Source: Lama glama
Lineage: Eukaryota
Length of the DNA: 64,000 nucleotides
NCBI GenBank assembly: GCA_028534125.1
Contig: CM052816.1
Location: forward strand, 57,042,001-57,106,000
Direction of reading: 5' to 3'
Shown piece by piece: positions 50,248-62,037 of the stretch (position 1 is its first letter; the number at the start of each line of letters is the position of its first letter). The notes beneath the pieces were generated by a model, which worked only from the letters and a program-made list of their open reading frames with translations, ran no database searches and had not been told where the DNA came from. A program made the position numbers and the translations under genes.

Positions 50248-50345
50248 CCACAATTTCTTTATCCATTCATCTGTCGAAGGACATTTAAGTTCCTTCCATG
50301 TCCTGGCTATTGTAAACAGTGCTGCTGTGAACATTGGGGTGCACC
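49742..50345 (-). mobile_element. 5'-truncated L1 3' end (same type as 9372-9914) with an internal (TA)n
   Basis: tttacaatattgtgttagtttctgg...agattccacctataagtgatatcatatgatatttg...; (TA)n at ~50203-50248. Confidence 0.88.
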
Positions 50346-50389
50346 ATTCTTTATACTTGTTGGACGCTTGGTTGAGTGCTGCTGACTAT

Positions 50390-50520
50390 ATTTCATTTGT
50401 TCACTCAGCAGATATTTTACTGAGTACCTGCTGTGAGCCAGGCACTCTCCTAGGGCTGGGGATACACCAGTGAACAAGACAGACAAAAATCTCTGCTCCT
50501 GGGAGCTTCCTTTATAGCAG
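50390..50520 (-). mobile_element. L2 3' end
   Basis: tactgagtacctgctgtgagccaggcactctcctagggctggggatacaccagtgaacaagacagac. Confidence 0.85.
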
Positions 50521-50679
50521 AGCTTACATTTTTTTAGACGCATTGAGAGTAGTTCCAGTTTACTCCCTTCACAAGAGGATGATCCTTGGAAAGCATTTTC
50601 TTTACTTCGGTTTTCTTTTATCTGTCAGAAAGTTTGATGAAAGCTTTTGGAGACCACTGATCTGACTCCAGACTCACTC

Positions 50680-50830
50680 CTTGTCCTCTGAGCATTGGTT
50701 TCTCATCTGAAAAATAAACTGGATAATCCCTCACTAGAGGAATTGTGAGTATTAGATAGATAGCATATGTAAAGTACTCTTTCTGATACACACTAAGTGC
50801 TTAATAAACGACCACCATTACTATTATCAT
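50680..50830 (+). mobile_element. MIR fragment
   Basis: ctctgagcattggtttctcatctgaaaaat...tgtgagtattagatagatagcatatgtaaagtact...taagtgcttaataaa. Confidence 0.7.
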
Positions 50831-52224
50831 GTGCTCTATGGATGTAATAAAAATGTATAAAGTATGGTTTCTGCCCCACTGGGGTTCAATATCTACTTAG
50901 GAGGCTAGACTAAAAGGCAAGAAATAATCACTAAGCAGCACCAAGAGGATATAATTAAGTGGTTCAGTAAATTGCAGCGTGTTAACTATAAATGCCATAG
51001 GAATTCAGAGGAGGAAAGATGGATTTGGGCTGGTGGAGGTTGGACTGGTATCTGGCTTTGCAGAAGAGGGATAAAGGAGGATTCAGAAGGTCCCTCCAGG
51101 TCCCCGGGGGACAAGGTGGGAGTGAGCAAGAAGTCGGCTGTCTGGAAAGGTAGTGTCCAGTCATGATGGGCGTGGAAAGGCAGGCCATGGAATTTAGACG
51201 GGATATGTAAAGAAGGTATAGAGACCAGCCTTAAAAATCCCACTTGGGTCAATCTAGGTCAAAAGAGGAGAAAATACTCCTCTCTTTCATTCTGAGCCCT
51301 CATCCTGAGGAGGGAAGGCTAGTGAGGGGGTCTTGGTGGGGAGCTCTTAATTAGGGCTGGCGTGGGGAGATGTAAGACTTTCTTGACAAGTCCTCACCAC
51401 ACTAGTCAGGGATTAAGTTAGCTGGCTTGTGAAAGGCACTTCAAAAATAAGCAGTTTGGTTTTTAATGCTAATTTCAGGGTAAAATGTAACCTACAAGTT
51501 CTAGTCCACAAGGATGGCACGTACTTGTTTGGTTTGCCAGTTTGGAGCAGAATGTTATAAGAGTATTTGGAAGGGGCACCGAGAGAAAAAACACGAGCCT
51601 TTTGTGCATCTTTCCCACCTCTCTGCCACCTTTCTCACAGAGCTGATGGGGATCAGGATGTTGACACTGCTTCTGCACTTCAAGGACAGCTTCACAGTTT
51701 GGCCCAAGGATTTCGTGATTTCTTCTTTTTGCTTCACCCTTGGTGGACGAATGACCATCACAAATAGTGTTCTGAAGACGTACAATGCCACACACCCAGT
51801 AGGCAGAAAGATCCTTTATATTCAGCCTTATTTAAATCTAGGGAACTTGAAGCACTGCCCACATATTAACTCCGTAGCTTTCTTCAAAGCCTGGGTATGG
51901 GGGAAGTTCACAAAACAAGGTTAGACAATCCCAGAGGACTGGTTTTACCATAATGGCTGGGAATCTGAGTGGAAAAAGCACCAATACGTAATAATCCAAT
52001 TAAGGTATCAGGGTTGGGAAATAGTGTTCCTACTTTTCAGATTAAAAAATGAAAGCAGAGAGCAATCAGATCATCTGGATTTGCAACCAGATAATCAGAA
52101 AATCTGGCCAAGGGAAAGGCCAGACAGAGAAGCAGATCCCTGAAATCCTCCAACACATCACGCTACCTGGCTGCAGTCTGAGCAGTCATAGGTGGGATGA
52201 TGAAACCAATCTGATCAAGTGGTG

Positions 52225-52635
52225 GTACAGCACGTATAGTGTTACCTTAACCATCTTAACTACCTTTAGGTGTATGGTTTAGCACATGGAGTGCATTCAC
52301 ATTTTATGCACACAATCTCCATAATGCTTTTGATCTTGCAACACTAAAACTCTGTACCCATTCTTTAACAAATCCCTATTCCCCTCTCCTCCCAGCCCTT
52401 GGCAACCACCTCCTACTTTCTGTCTCTATGATTTTGACTACTCTCGGTATCTCAAGGAAGTGGCCTCGTACAGCATCTATCTTTTTGTGACTGGCTTATT
52501 TCACTTAGCATAATGACCTTAAGGCTCATCCATCGTATAGCATGTGTCAGAATTTCATTCCTTTTCAAGGCTAAATAATATCCCATTGTATGCATATACC
52601 ACATTTTGTTCACCTATTCATCCAATGGGCAATGT
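52225..52635 (-). mobile_element. L1MB-like 3' end
   Basis: aaactctgtacccatt...cccagcccttggcaaccacc...ctttttgtgactggcttatttcacttagcataatg. Confidence 0.85.
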
Positions 52636-52654
52636 ATTCATTTATTTTTAAGGT

Positions 52655-53260
52655 AACTATTTTTTTATTCAGTGTTTTGTGTGGGTTACATAGTCAGATG
52701 GTTCCAAATTCAAACTGTATAAAAAGGTAAATGTTGAGTTTCTCTTCTGTTTTTTGTCCCCTAGTCACCTAGTTCCTTTCTCCCAAAGCCACCAGTGTAG
52801 CTCATTTCTTCAAGATCCTTCCAGAGTTGTTTATACCTGCATGTACAAATGGTAGCATACTATAATGCTGTTCTGCTTTTTTGACTTAACAATATTTCTA
52901 GGACATGTGTACATATGGGGAAAGTAAAAATGTAGGTGCATACACACACACCACTACATGTCTGCCCAGTGTTTTACTCCATAATTTACTTGTTACATCC
53001 TCTGTTGATGGATGTTTAGGTTGTTTAAAAATATTTTGCAAATAATTTTGCAATGAACAAGTAACATTACATTTGTCATTTTGCACAAGTGAGACTATCT
53101 GAAGGGTAAATTCTTAGAAGTGGAACTACTTCATCAAATGTTTATTTGTCAAAATGTGAGGTTGTGATAGACATTGCCAACTGCCTTCCATAGGGGTTGC
53201 ATCTATTTCTACCCCCATCAGCCAAGTGTGTTTGTTTCTTCACACCTTTGCTTATATGTT
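52655..53260 (-). mobile_element. L1ME-like 3' region
   Basis: aatggtagcatactata...ctgttgatggatgtttaggttgttt...gtaaattcttagaagtggaactac...gatagacattgccaaactgcc. Confidence 0.7.
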
Positions 53261-55020
53261 GAATCATTCATTTTTATTATTTTTAATATAAGTAGCTCAC
53301 ACTTTAGAAATGTTATAAGCTATGTCATAAACACAGCAAAAATAGCATTCTTTCTCTTTCTCTTTCTCTCCTCTTCTCCTTGGGCAATTCTTAGGGTCAA
53401 CTTCTGCATCTCTATTTAGGCTGATTCAAGCTGCAGTGTTAGGGAATGTGGATGGTCGAGGGCTGGTACTGGGATAGGGAGCATTTCACTCACGTCATTG
53501 AAGGGGACAGGTTGGTGGCTCTTGTCCAAAGGCTGGTCCATGACCTCTGTGGAGTGACTCTGTGGGCTGCATACAGCATCTCCCAAGCTGATGTCCATAT
53601 CACAAAATCTTCTTCACAATTAGCCCTAATTGGCCACCTCCTCAATCTAAGCAGGAAATCTAACCCCCAGCCTGCAGGCACCTTCTCTAGGCCAGGGGCC
53701 AGCCTCCCATGGCAGCGGGACCCTCTGGCAAAGCCTGTGCAGCTAAGCCCATCCAAGCTCTTATCGGGGTAAAGACCAACACCGTCATGCCTAAACTTTG
53801 ACAGACAGTGACTTCTTTTTGAAAGCTATTTTAAAAGGAGGAGTTTTGAGTTCCTTGATTTCTTTGCTAGCCATTCAGTATCATAAACAGAGACAGCAGA
53901 AGGAGAGAGTGGGGCTGGGACCTTGACAATCTCTTCTGGCCGTGCACACAGTAGGGGCTTATTAGGTATTCCTCAGGTATGTATTCCTCAGTCAGTTCTC
54001 ATAACCACTCTACCAGGTATTATTTGAGAAATTTGAGAAAAGCAAAGCATCCTGCTCCAGATGACAGAACTAACGGACAGGAGGGGCCCGGCTTGAAAGC
54101 TAGTGCTGTGCCCACAGCTCCACTCACCTTCCTGTTGCAGACTTTGCTCCCATCCACCCAGCCAGTCGGGAGCAGGCCCAACCAGAGGCCCTGTGAGCTC
54201 AGGCCAACTCCAGGCACTCTTCCTCAGGCCCTGGGCAGATCCTGGGGCATTTCAGAGCAGCTGGAGGAAGAGGGAGACAAAGAGAAAGTCCCACGTGGTG
54301 CTTGCAGAGTGTAAGGGTCCAAACCAAACTTCACGCCCTTCCTTCTGTTCTGACTGCTGGTGCCCCTGCACCCCACCTCGGCCCCCTGGCTCTGACTCTT
54401 CCTTTGAAGTCACCCTTGAAGAGGTGCTGACTCTCTGCCCCTGGACCAAGTCCCCCTCCTCCGACTCCTCCCAGAACAACCAGTCTCAACACACTGACTT
54501 AGAAAACTGTTTCTTTGTCTGTCAACAGACTGAGCAGCTCCTTGAGGACAACATGGACATTGTTGGATGCTCACTTGTGTTGCCCCAGCTTCTTATGTGG
54601 AATAGAACTGTCCTAAACTTTGTTGGCCTGAACTGAAATCTCTCATCTGATTCAACAGTATGTGGACAAGCACAGAAATCAAAGAGGAAGCCAAAAGACC
54701 AGGCCAGGAGGTGAGCAGCAGAGCGGGGAGGTCCCCGGCTTTCATTGAGGACTTAGGAAAAGATACCGGAGGCCCTTATTGGGGGTGGTGGCCCCATATT
54801 CATGGGTGATCAGCCTAGGTTCGAGGAAAAGGGTCAAAGTAGACCATGCCTCAGTGTCCTGACTCAGGCCCCACCTCTCCCTAGAAGCCCATCCTGCCTG
54901 CATCAGCCCCACAGAGCGTCTTGGTTTTTCTCCAACCCCAAAGCGTCTTCCCGGCACAGCCTCACGGACGGCCTTGTCCTTATGGGTTCTGACTTCTGAC
55001 ATGGGTCTTACGTCTCCAAG

Positions 55021-55265
55021 TAATAATGGTTAACCTTCCCTCATATAGTACGGTCTTTGTGGCCAACACTGTTCTGAGCCTGGATATATATTCAATCATT
55101 GAATCCTCACGGTGACCCTACATGGAAGGTACTGTTTTTATACCCTTCTGAAGAAGAGGAATTGAGCACAGAAAGTTAAGCTGCTCAAAGCCACACAGCT
55201 GTCTGTGTCAGGGCCCAGATTCTAACGCAGGCAGTTTGGCTTCAGAATCCAAGCTCTTAAAAGCA
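55021..55265 (-). mobile_element. MIR SINE
   Basis: tcattgaatcctcacggtgaccctac...gaagaggaattgagcacagaaagttaag...caggcagtttggcttcagaatccaagctcttaa. Confidence 0.85.
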
Positions 55266-56574
55266 TCCTAAGGCTAATGGGAGCCCCTCAAGGGCCACAG
55301 TCCCTTCCGTTCCCCAGTGACCCATGGACTCCGCACAGAGGTAAGAATCTCAGTAACATCCCTGAAGATCATCCCTAAAGATCCTGAGGCAACAGGATTG
55401 CTACCTCAGACCTGCCATGGACCCGGCTGTGTTATAGTGCAGGTTGTGGGCCACTGGAGCTTCCAAAAAGCTCTTATTTCCTTTTATGGGTTTCATGGCC
55501 AAGGCCACTTTGGGTGTAGACCACGACTCTCTCCTCTTCTCTCCTCTGCCTTGCCCTTTCTGCAGCTCTGTGCTGATGCAGCCACTTGCAGCGAGGGAAG
55601 AACCCAGCTGTCTCCTTCCCCTGGGGGGTGGTCCTTGCTCTGCAGCAATGACACATCCAGGCTGTACAAGCTGGAGCCAGAAAGTCCAGAGGCAGGTCAA
55701 CCCCATGTCACCTTCAGTCTAGAAAGTGGACACCTGAAACAAGGCACCGGCAGGCTTGATGGGCTGGGGGTGTCCTGGGCTTGCCTGAGAAATGAGAGTT
55801 CACTCCACGGCCTTAGGTGTAGCTGAGGGTTGGGGAAGCAGATCTTCAGCTTTACAAGCTTCCCAAACAAATGGGGATTTACACAGTAAATCACTGTCCT
55901 TTCATCCACTGACCGCTCTTAGGAGGAAGGAGAAGGAAAAAAGAGATGGACTTCCTCAGGCAACAGGAATTAAGTCCTGGGTAACAGAAATTTCTGCCCA
56001 GCTCATCTCCAAGGTGTGTAGCCCAGCAGAGCTCTTCTCCCTCCTAACCAGGCTTTTGGGGTTTGATTTGCATTAAGCACAGAGTTAGTGCTGGGAGTGT
56101 TTGGACTCTCATCTGGAAGTGGGTCATGCATTCCGCTGTCCTGGCAAAAACCAGCCCTAAACACTACACAGAGGACACCAGGGTTCTCAACTGGCCACTT
56201 AATGCTGGGGCTGGCCCAGTTGTCACTCCCACGAACCCACCCCGCCCCCTTGAAATTGAATCAGGGTGATTTACACCAGGTTAGAAGTAAAGAGGCTGCT
56301 TTTAGTTATTTCACTCCATGCGCCTCCTGCAGGGTGGCCAGCTGGTGAAACACCAGTGTGGGCCACTCAGGTTTTCATATGGATTTGCAAAGGCTCCCAC
56401 TGATCCAAATGTCATAGCTGGTCTGGTATTCAAAGTTTAAATTCCTTGATCCAGGTCAACTATGTTGTGCAAACCGAGCCTGATGGCAGTTTGCACAGAA
56501 TGGGTAAGTATGAACTCTGATTCTAAAATGACATGACAGATCTTCAAAAAGAAGTCGGAACATGCATATTTGCA

Positions 56575-57030
56575 GTGGTCCCCTGTGAGGTTGACACTGA
56601 CATTTTTCTTGCTCAGAACAGTTTTGAAATCACTCTCTGGAACTCCAGAACTTAGAGTACCTTCTTTTGCATGCCTGAGGAGTAGCAAAGATTTACTTTT
56701 TTGAGGGTGGATTTAAGTTTGGGAAATCGTCAAAAATAATTCAGAGCCAAGTCTGGTGGATCAGGCCAGCTATCAAGTTGGGTGAAACCGTTTGGGACTT
56801 GAAACCAAAAAGCATAGTTATCAAGTAATGTATCTAGTGTTCCTCCTGGACTAGCTCTGAAGACGTCTGAAAAGAGGAATAGAGCTGTTTCAAGCAGTCA
56901 GAGCTTCCCTCAGTATTGATATCAGCTTTGGAGGCACTTGGCTTGATATCTACTTGGCTAAATAGACTGTGAATTGCTTGTTTGAAAACAAAAAAAAATC
57001 AGCCTTATTACTTAAAATCATACACATTTA
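56575..57030. mobile_element. MARNA-like non-autonomous mariner element
   Basis: tttgagggtggatttaagtttgggaaa...cagagccaagtctggtgg...atcaagttgggt and the terminal aaaatcagccttattacttaaaatcatacac resemble the MARNA consensus. Confidence 0.65.
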
Positions 57031-59069
57031 TGTAAAAACTCCTCCTATTAAATAACCATGTGATTTTGTTGGTGGATAAGCTTATTAACCAGCCCTGTTT
57101 TTCCTGTATTTATCATAGACCATGAATTTATTTCAATAGTCCTACCACTGCTCCTGAGTTTTCCTTGGCGGCAGTCCAGTTTCTGAATGTACTGCCGAGC
57201 AAGGAGCAAGTAGTTTATCATAACAAGGGGCTGGGATTATTGTTGAGAAAAGCAGGGGGAGGTCACATCTGTGCTGCCTGCCAGGCCGGCTGAGTTGCAG
57301 ACGAGAGTGACCAGAATTTGCTTTTGGGCAGTACAGTCTTCCAAGCAAGGCCAGTCATCCTATGGTGTTCGGTTCATTTCATTGTGAGTCACTCAGTCCT
57401 CAACCTTTGCCTGGCATCGGGCTTGGCACCTGAGAAAGTTTACAGAGAAGGCAAGTACTACCAAGCTGCAAAAAATGTTTAAATGGCACAGGGTAATCTG
57501 GAGGGAAAGGTCTGATGGTGGAGGTAGAAAAAGGGATCCCTGAAGGAGGTGACACCTGAGATGCAGCCCACAGAGCGTGGGGATGGCAGGGTGGCTGGAG
57601 CCCAGGATGGTGCAGAACCCGCAGTCCCCCGCCCTTCCGCTGAGAGCTGGGTTCCCAGCGCAGCACTGACAGCTGGGCCAGTGCTATGTATGGGATTACA
57701 GCATTAGGTGAGAAGTTAATCACAAACATGAATCAGCCTTGTTTTTTCCTTCTCGGCTCGGCTCCCGAGCCCTGCAGGGGAGTGGGCAGGGCCCCTCGCT
57801 GGATGTACAGGAAATCATACTGGGGGAAACATGAAGCCAGCTATTTCTCACTGGGGCCAGGCTGTTACCTGCATTGTGAGATTACAGGGGAATTTACTAT
57901 GTTACATAGGAAGAGAATCCCCTTGGCGTGGCAGGCAGGAAGAGGAACCGTTTCATGGGCCAAGTGGCTTCTTGTGTTCCACCCAGGCTGTGGCTACTGG
58001 GCAGTTCTTCATTCAGGGACCATGTCCCACCCGTGCTCTGCAGCTCCCCCTAGACTGAGCAGCACCGAGGTCAGGTACCACTTTTTGCTAAGGATTCTGT
58101 TCTCTCTCTTGTCTCCCACCCCTGGAAGGCCAGCTTCTATAGAAAACCCACTTCTGATCTAAACCAGCAGGACTGGGTTAGGACCTGTGGTTCTGCCAAA
58201 AACCCTTCCCTCCCCAGCCCTCTTCTGGAATGTGCAACACTCTCAGCCACCCTTGTGTTTCCTCATAGTCTTCCTCCTTCAGTTCTAGAGCAGCCCACTT
58301 ACCACCTAATATTTGCAGAGTGGCTGTCACTTGCATAGACCAGTGGCGTCAGCCTCCTCTGCTTGGGACCCCCTCACCCTCAGCTTTCAGATTTGATAAA
58401 TGCTGCCCCTCTGTCTCCATGCTGACCCAATGGGGCAGTCATTCCGTGAATGCTATGCTGGACTCAGAGTCATGCCATCACTAAGTACTTCCCCCCTTCT
58501 GAATTCTGTCTGCAAAAATCCTCAGTTGCCAGCAGTTCTTTACCAAAAAAACAAAAACAAACAAACAAACAAAAACCCTCAATGTGATTAGAGGAAGGTA
58601 ACTCTCCCCAGAATCTTAGTAAAATCTCTGTAGGCAGCCAGGACTGCAAAGGATTTTATTTCTTTGTTTCTTTCATGTTTTTAAAGTATTGAAGTTACCT
58701 CACACAAGTGATTAATCAGAAAATGTGCGTGGGTTTGACTTTGTAGGTCAGTGCACAAGCCTGCAAGCGTTCAAGGATTCCTTTTAGCTCTGGGTTTAAG
58801 TGTCACGTTGATACATGTAGCCAGGGGAGGCTGATTCTTCTTTCCTTCTGCCCCAAGGAAGTTTCATCTGGGAAACAGGCAGTAGGGAGCGCTAGAACCA
58901 ACAGGGTTTTTCACTATTGAAACAGAGCACGTCCATTCCCCTGCTGGAGTCAGAACAAAAGAGGAGTTTGGCAGTTTGAAGCAGAAGGGAGAATTTGCAA
59001 AGATCAGAGAGCGCCCAGTAAAAGACACCAAGAGCTGCTTTCCCTTCCCGATAAACAGCTGCCTCAGGA

Positions 59070-59298
59070 AGGGGTCAAATAAATTTGGAGGTCGGGATTC
59101 GTAGATACTAACTACTCTATATAAAACAGATTAACAGCAAGGTCCTACTGTATAGCACACGGACATATAGTCAATACCTTGTAACAGCCTATAAGGAAAA
59201 AGAATATGAAAATATGTGTGAATGAATCACTATGCTGTACATCAGAAATCAACACAACAGTGTAAATCAACTATACCTCCTTAATAAAAGCAAAAAAC
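59070..59298 (+). mobile_element. Short L1 3' end (L1_Art-like)
   Basis: tatataaaacagattaacagcaaggtcctactgtatagcacac...aacacaacagtgtaaatcaactatac...aataaaa. Confidence 0.85.
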
Positions 59299-59471
59299 AA
59301 TGATGTGTGCGATCAGACACTGATACGTTCCCTTTAACCTGGACAAACAGATACCAGAGGTTATGCACACACCCTCAAAGTCAAATACCCGCAAAGTCAA
59401 AATCACTTGTTATCAGCAAAGCCCATACTCACCTCTGGGCAAATGTAATAAGATCACACACAGACACACAC

Positions 59472-59971
59472 NNNNNNNNNNNNNNNNNNNNNNNNNNNNN
59501 NNNNNNNNNNNNNNNNNNNNNNNNNNNNNNNNNNNNNNNNNNNNNNNNNNNNNNNNNNNNNNNNNNNNNNNNNNNNNNNNNNNNNNNNNNNNNNNNNNNN
59601 NNNNNNNNNNNNNNNNNNNNNNNNNNNNNNNNNNNNNNNNNNNNNNNNNNNNNNNNNNNNNNNNNNNNNNNNNNNNNNNNNNNNNNNNNNNNNNNNNNNN
59701 NNNNNNNNNNNNNNNNNNNNNNNNNNNNNNNNNNNNNNNNNNNNNNNNNNNNNNNNNNNNNNNNNNNNNNNNNNNNNNNNNNNNNNNNNNNNNNNNNNNN
59801 NNNNNNNNNNNNNNNNNNNNNNNNNNNNNNNNNNNNNNNNNNNNNNNNNNNNNNNNNNNNNNNNNNNNNNNNNNNNNNNNNNNNNNNNNNNNNNNNNNNN
59901 NNNNNNNNNNNNNNNNNNNNNNNNNNNNNNNNNNNNNNNNNNNNNNNNNNNNNNNNNNNNNNNNNNNNNNN
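59472..59971. other. Assembly gap (500 N)
   Basis: Run of N. Confidence 0.99.
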
Positions 59972-60550
59972 CTGTGCTATATAAAAGAAACTTGTATATC
60001 TATTTTATATATAGTAGTTAGTATCTGCAAATCTTGAACTCCCAATTTATCCCTTCCTGCCCCCCTCCCCTCTGGTAACCGTAAGTTTGTTTTCTATGTC
60101 TATAAGTCTGTTTCTGTTTTGTAGATAAGTTCATTAGTGTCTTTTTCATCTTTCTTTAGATTCCACATATGAGTGATATTGTATGGTATTTTTCTTTTTC
60201 TTTCTGGCTTCCTTCACTTAGAATGATGATCTCCATGTCTGTCTGTGTTGCTGCAATGGCATTCTTTTATTCTTTTTTATGGCTGAGTAGTATTCCATTG
60301 TGTAAATATAGCACAACTTCTTTATCCAGTCATCAGTCGATGGGCATTTAGGTTGTTTCTATGTCTTGGCTATTGTTAATAGTGCTTCTATGAACATTGG
60401 GGTGCATGTATCTTCAAATTAGAGTTCCCTCCAGATATATGTCCAGGAATGTGATTGCTGGGTCATAGAGTAAGTCTATTTTTAATTTTTTGAGGAATCT
60501 TCATAGTTTTCTATAATGGCTACATTCCCACCAACAGTGTAGGAGGGTTC
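59972..60550 (-). mobile_element. L1 3' region, its 3' end lost in the gap
   Basis: agattccacatatgagtgat...ccttcacttagaatg...ttgaggaatcttcata...cattcccaccaacagtgtaggagggttc. Confidence 0.9.
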
Positions 60551-60799
60551 TAAAGGGTTAATTTTGTATTTGAATTAAAGATTTTAAATCCATAACTCCA
60601 CCTCCTGTCCACTGTTAACATATTGTTTATATAGCCTTTCAGATATTTTTTCTATGCATATAGTCTTCTCTTCCACATTCAGAAGTGGAATCAAATAGCA
60701 CATCTTGTCTTGGGAGCTGCTGTCTTCCTCTTAGCAGTCCGTAGTAGACACCTTGTTCCAATGTCCATGGCGTGGGTAGACATAAGGTCACCCCTCATG

Positions 60800-61030
60800 T
60801 GAGTGTGAGATGCTAAGAAAAGGAAAACCCTAGGAGGCAACTGCATTTAAGGGGTAGGCAGAAGAAGAGGGACCCATGAGAGACCAGAAAATGGGCCAAC
60901 AAGATGAGGGAAAAGCATGGAAGGGGTATCACAGATGTGAGGAAGGAGGAAATTTCAAGGAGGAAGAAGTAGCCAATGGCCCAAATGCTACAAGGAGTTA
61001 AGGGCTACAAGGTAGAATTTGATTCAGCAA
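60800..61030 (-). mobile_element. L2 internal fragment
   Basis: gcatttaaggggtaggcagaagaagagg...aatttcaaggaggaagaagtagccaatggcccaaatgctac. Confidence 0.55.
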
Positions 61031-61177
61031 GAGGAAAGTTACTCACTTTATCCTTTCCCACTGCCCCCAGTTTCCTCACGGTATGAAATGGAAAAAGAGA
61101 TTTCTGTTTTGTCTACCAGCTGGACAGCAGCATTCCTTAGCCTAAAGTGATGGTGTGAAGTTTGTGTTTTGAAAGGG

Positions 61178-61662
61178 TATTGGTTAGAATTGCATTTAGC
61201 TGCCTTTAAGAGAAACCCAAAGTCTTAACCAAATGGGTTTTATTTTGCTCAGCTTAGAAAAAGTTCTGAGGCAGGCAGTCAGTGGCTGTTCAACTGTTTA
61301 AGGTAGTCATCAAGGACCCACACTCCCTGGAGCTGCTTATGTCACCAATCTTAGCATGAGTGTTTCATCCTCATGATTGCAAAGTGGCTGCTCTTGCTCC
61401 AGTCATCATTCCGACCAAGAGGAAGACGGAAAAAGGGACGTGCAAATTTCCCATATCATCCGCGTCTGTCCACTTTTGCCAAAAGCCGCATCCCATAGAC
61501 TTTGCTTACAGATCACGAGCCAGAACTGGGTGGCATGGCTGCTCCATGTGCCCAAGAGGGTCGGGGTAGGAGTGTTTTCACCTGAGCACACTGCCGGTCG
61601 CTTCTCCTGGCAAGGAGGAAGAGGACAGATCCTGGGGAAGCAACGAGCTGTGCCTTCTGCGG
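61178..61662 (-). mobile_element. MaLR LTR, MLT1I/J-like
   Basis: ggttagaattgcatttagctgc...gtcatcaaggaccca...tcctcatgattgcaaagtggctgc...agccagaactggg. Confidence 0.7.
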
Positions 61663-61897
61663 GATGAATATTTTAGGCCTGAACATAACAGCATGCAGCC
61701 TTCTTAGCTTTATGACTTTTTTTGTGAGAGACAAAAATATTAAAGCATTCCATTTGATTCTAATTCTAAGAGGAAGTAAAGAATAAATCACAATCAGTCC
61801 TGGGCCAGTTTTCCTCATAAAGTGGGGCAGTTAGAGGGATCAGTGTCAGCTAAACCTCTGTGTTCCAGCTCTTTTGGTTTTACTGACAGGGCCCTCA

Positions 61898-62037
61898 TAT
61901 ATGTGTGTGTGTGTGTGTATGTATATACATATATATATATGTGTATATATGTGTGTGTGTGTATGTATGTGTGTATATATATGTATGTATATATATATAT
62001 GTGTATATATATATATATATGTATGTATATATATATA
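61898..62037. repeat. Compound (TG)n/(TA)n microsatellite
   Basis: atatatgtgtgtgtgtgtgtgtatgtatatacatatatatatat... Confidence 0.95.
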
